The translations under genes were made by a program, and so were the position numbers. From positions 1 to 27,568 of the forward strand of contig CALLXS010000049.1 of the NCBI GenBank assembly GCA_937875295.1: a DNA stretch of 27,568 nt. The letters run 5' to 3'. The notes beneath the pieces were generated by a model. The model did no database searches. It was given only the letters and a program-made list of their open reading frames with translations, and had not been told where the DNA came from. Below are positions 25,438 to 27,568 of the stretch, in pieces. The stretch comes from an uncultured bacterium (GTDB lineage: Bacteria; Bacteroidota; Ignavibacteria; Kapaibacteriales; UBA2268). Positions within the stretch are counted from its first letter, which is position 1; every line of letters begins with the position of its first letter.

Positions 25438-26793
25438 CTATTTGTTTTCAGTTACTTGATTGTTTTCCACTTCTGATTTATTATTCATAGCATTTAAAAT
25501 ATCTACTCCTGTTACTGTTTTAATTGTCTCAGATAGCTGAGCTAGCGAACCGGGGATTTGATTAATCAATCTCGAATATGAGCCATTACTGCCATCGCCT
25601 CCATTATCAATCATAGTAATTTTATCAATACTAATATCTTTTAAAGTGCTTGTCATATTGTCAATAATTTGAGGTAATAGAACTAATGTATACATCTTGT
25701 CGGCATTATTTCCGGCATTAGTCATAGCAGTCATATTCTGTTTCATTATATTTAATCTTGCTTCGCCATCTGCTAATATTTTTGCAGCTTCACCACGAGC
25801 TTCTAATTCTAATGCTTCTTTTTTAGCTTTAGCTGGTTCGATTACATCAGCTATTAATTTCTTTTGTTGTAAGATGATTCTTTGTTCTTCTAATTCCTGT
25901 TCAAACTGCACTTGTGCTTTTTGACCAGCTACTAGAGCTTCTTTTTCCTTAATAATAGCATCTCTTTCGAGTTCAGCTTTTTTAATTCTAAGATTATTAT
26001 TTTCAATTTCTACACTTTGGCTTGCAATAGCTTGATTAATAGAAATATTTTGATTTGATTGAATTTGAGCAGTTTCGATTTCTTGTTTTGCTTTTGCTTT
26101 AGCAGTTTCAGCTTTTTGTAGTGCTAATGCTTCAGCTTCTTCAGCTTCTGCTCTTCTATCAGCTTCAGCTTTTTTTGCATTTGCAATTACTTCTGCTGTT
26201 TTCATTCTTCCTATTGAGTCTAAATATCCTCTTTCATCAGAGATATTGGTGATTTTTAGCGTATCAAGCTGTATACCGAGTTTTTGTAAATCAATATCTG
26301 CTTCGTCCATTAATACTTCTGCAAATTTCATTCTGTCTTGATTGACTTCTTCTGGAGTAAGTGATGCAAGGACGCCTCTTAAATTACCTTCAAGAGTTTC
26401 TTTGGCAATTTTTTGTATTTCAGTTTCAGAACGTTTTAAAAATCTTTCTACAGCATTACCGAAAGCCGGTTCCTTAGAATCAATTTTAATATTTGCGATA
26501 GCCTCGACGACTAATGGAATACCACCTTTAGAATATGCGTTATTTATGCTTAGTTCTAAAGGTATAGTCTCTAAAGACATTCTTGATGCTTTTTCTAAAA
26601 ATGGTATGCGTAAAGCTCTACCACCTCGAATAATACGATAGCCAACAGTCGAACCATCTGGTAATGTTCTTTTGCGACCAGACAAAACGATTACTTCATT
26701 GGGTTGTGCTATTAATAGTAATCTTGAAATTGTGGTCAAAATTACTATCATTGCAATGACAATAATCACAGCTAAGAAAAGTATATATTCCAT
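25438..26793 (-). CDS. flotillin-like SPFH/band-7 domain membrane protein
   Basis: 451 aa; single N-terminal TM, SPFH domain, long Ala/Glu/Lys/Gln-rich coiled-coil (AEADRRAEAEEAEALALQKAETAKAKAKQEIE...), C-terminal flotillin-like region. Confidence 0.8.
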   Translation of the reverse strand: MEYILFLAVIIVIAMIVILTTISRLLLIAQPNEVIVLSGRKRTLPDGSTVGYRIIRGGRALRIPFLEKASRMSLETIPLELSINNAYSKGGIPLVVEAIANIKIDSKEPAFGNAVERFLKRSETEIQKIAKETLEGNLRGVLASLTPEEVNQDRMKFAEVLMDEADIDLQKLGIQLDTLKITNISDERGYLDSIGRMKTAEVIANAKKAEADRRAEAEEAEALALQKAETAKAKAKQEIETAQIQSNQNISINQAIASQSVEIENNNLRIKKAELERDAIIKEKEALVAGQKAQVQFEQELEEQRIILQQKKLIADVIEPAKAKKEALELEARGEAAKILADGEARLNIMKQNMTAMTNAGNNADKMYTLVLLPQIIDNMTSTLKDISIDKITMIDNGGDGSNGSYSRLINQIPGSLAQLSETIKTVTGVDILNAMNNKSEVENNQVTENK

Positions 26794-26923
26794 TTTTTAC
26801 CTTAAATTTATTTATGTTAATTGAATCATTTTATTAATGAGTATTATATGATTTATATAATTAAAGAAGTAATTATTATTGTTTTATTTTTTATCTATAG
26901 AATATATATAATCCTTATTTCCA

Positions 26924-27568
26924 CTATTTCTTGAATTTATTTATTCCTGTATCAGGGAAATCAATCTCAGAGAGACGGAAAATTTCATTTTTAGCACTTT
27001 CATTTGCATCTGGGAATAAAACTCCGGGTTTCTCTTGAATAAAAGATTTAATGTCAAAATTTATTAATTCTCCAGATTGATTTAATTCAATAAAAGCAAT
27101 AGGTGCAAAAGCATTACTACCTTTTAAACCGAATTGCTTATATGTGCAGAAATTACCCAAACTATATAGTATTAATCTATTTTTATAAATTTCTCCAGCT
27201 CGAGGTAAATGCGGACCGTGTCCTAAAATTAAATCAGCACCAGCATCAATCATATTGTGAGCAAAAAGATGAGGGTTCCCTCTATTCTCTCCTAAAAACA
27301 TTTCAGTAGTTTTTGTAATATGCTTATATTTTTGACCTTCAGCTCCTCCATGGAATGATACTATTACAATATCATGAGATTCTTTTAAATTGCTTACTAA
27401 TTCCTTAGCTTTTTCTATTTTAGTCATTCTAAGAGTGAAAGGTGAATTTGCAAAACCTATAAAAGCAATTTTTTTCCCTTGGTGCTCAAAAGATGCTGTA
27501 GGATAATTTTCTAATCCACAATATTTAATATTATTATTTTCTAAAGTATTTATTGTATTTAATTGACC
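26924..27568 (-). CDS. CapA/PGA_cap-family metallophosphoesterase-like protein (5'-truncated by window edge)
   Basis: reading frame stays open from the listed Met (27427) to the window end with no stop (…GKKIAFIGFANSPFTLRMTKIEK…); HNMIDAGADLILGHGPHLPRAGEIYKNRLILYSLGNF matches CapA C-terminal half. Confidence 0.7.
   Translation of the reverse strand, partial: GQLNTINTLENNNIKYCGLENYPTASFEHQGKKIAFIGFANSPFTLRMTKIEKAKELVSNLKESHDIVIVSFHGGAEGQKYKHITKTTEMFLGENRGNPHLFAHNMIDAGADLILGHGPHLPRAGEIYKNRLILYSLGNFCTYKQFGLKGSNAFAPIAFIELNQSGELINFDIKSFIQEKPGVLFPDANESAKNEIFRLSEIDFPDTGINKFKK

Overview
The window is a strongly AT-rich chromosomal segment, almost entirely core housekeeping, from what reads as an FCB-group (Bacteroidota-like) bacterium. 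Three things point that way: a protein with a Por/T9SS C-terminal sorting domain, a TonB-dependent outer-membrane receptor, and repeated promoter-like TTTG-N19-21-TAnnTTTG motifs of the Bacteroidota sigma-A type. Gene content in order is HPr (ptsH), Maf with an orphan sugar-type ABC permease, then a minus-strand block of dprA, dtd, a ybaN-like gene, a GDPD-family gene and mtaB preceded by tRNA-Glu(UUC). The conserved nusA-infB-rbfA-truB-ribF and rpsO-pnp clusters follow, then a small T9SS-sorted protein convergent with a TonB-dependent receptor, dnaA, and an accessory-looking tail (lipoprotein, exported OmpA-like protein with a family-2 O-methyltransferase, flotillin/SPFH, CapA fragment running off the window edge). 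I found no mobile elements, CRISPR arrays, integrases or toxin/defence genes. The most notable non-coding signals are a well-formed TPP (THI-box) riboswitch in the 5' leader of the TonB-dependent receptor, an intrinsic-terminator-like hairpin with a T-run inside the nusA leader downstream of a consensus promoter (candidate attenuator), a near-identical extended promoter 16-mer shared by nusA, tRNA-Glu and rpsO, the rpsO-pnp intergenic hairpin, and two CG-containing perfect palindromes in otherwise CG-poor intergenic DNA. All calls rest on reading the sequence and translations; no database searches were run.
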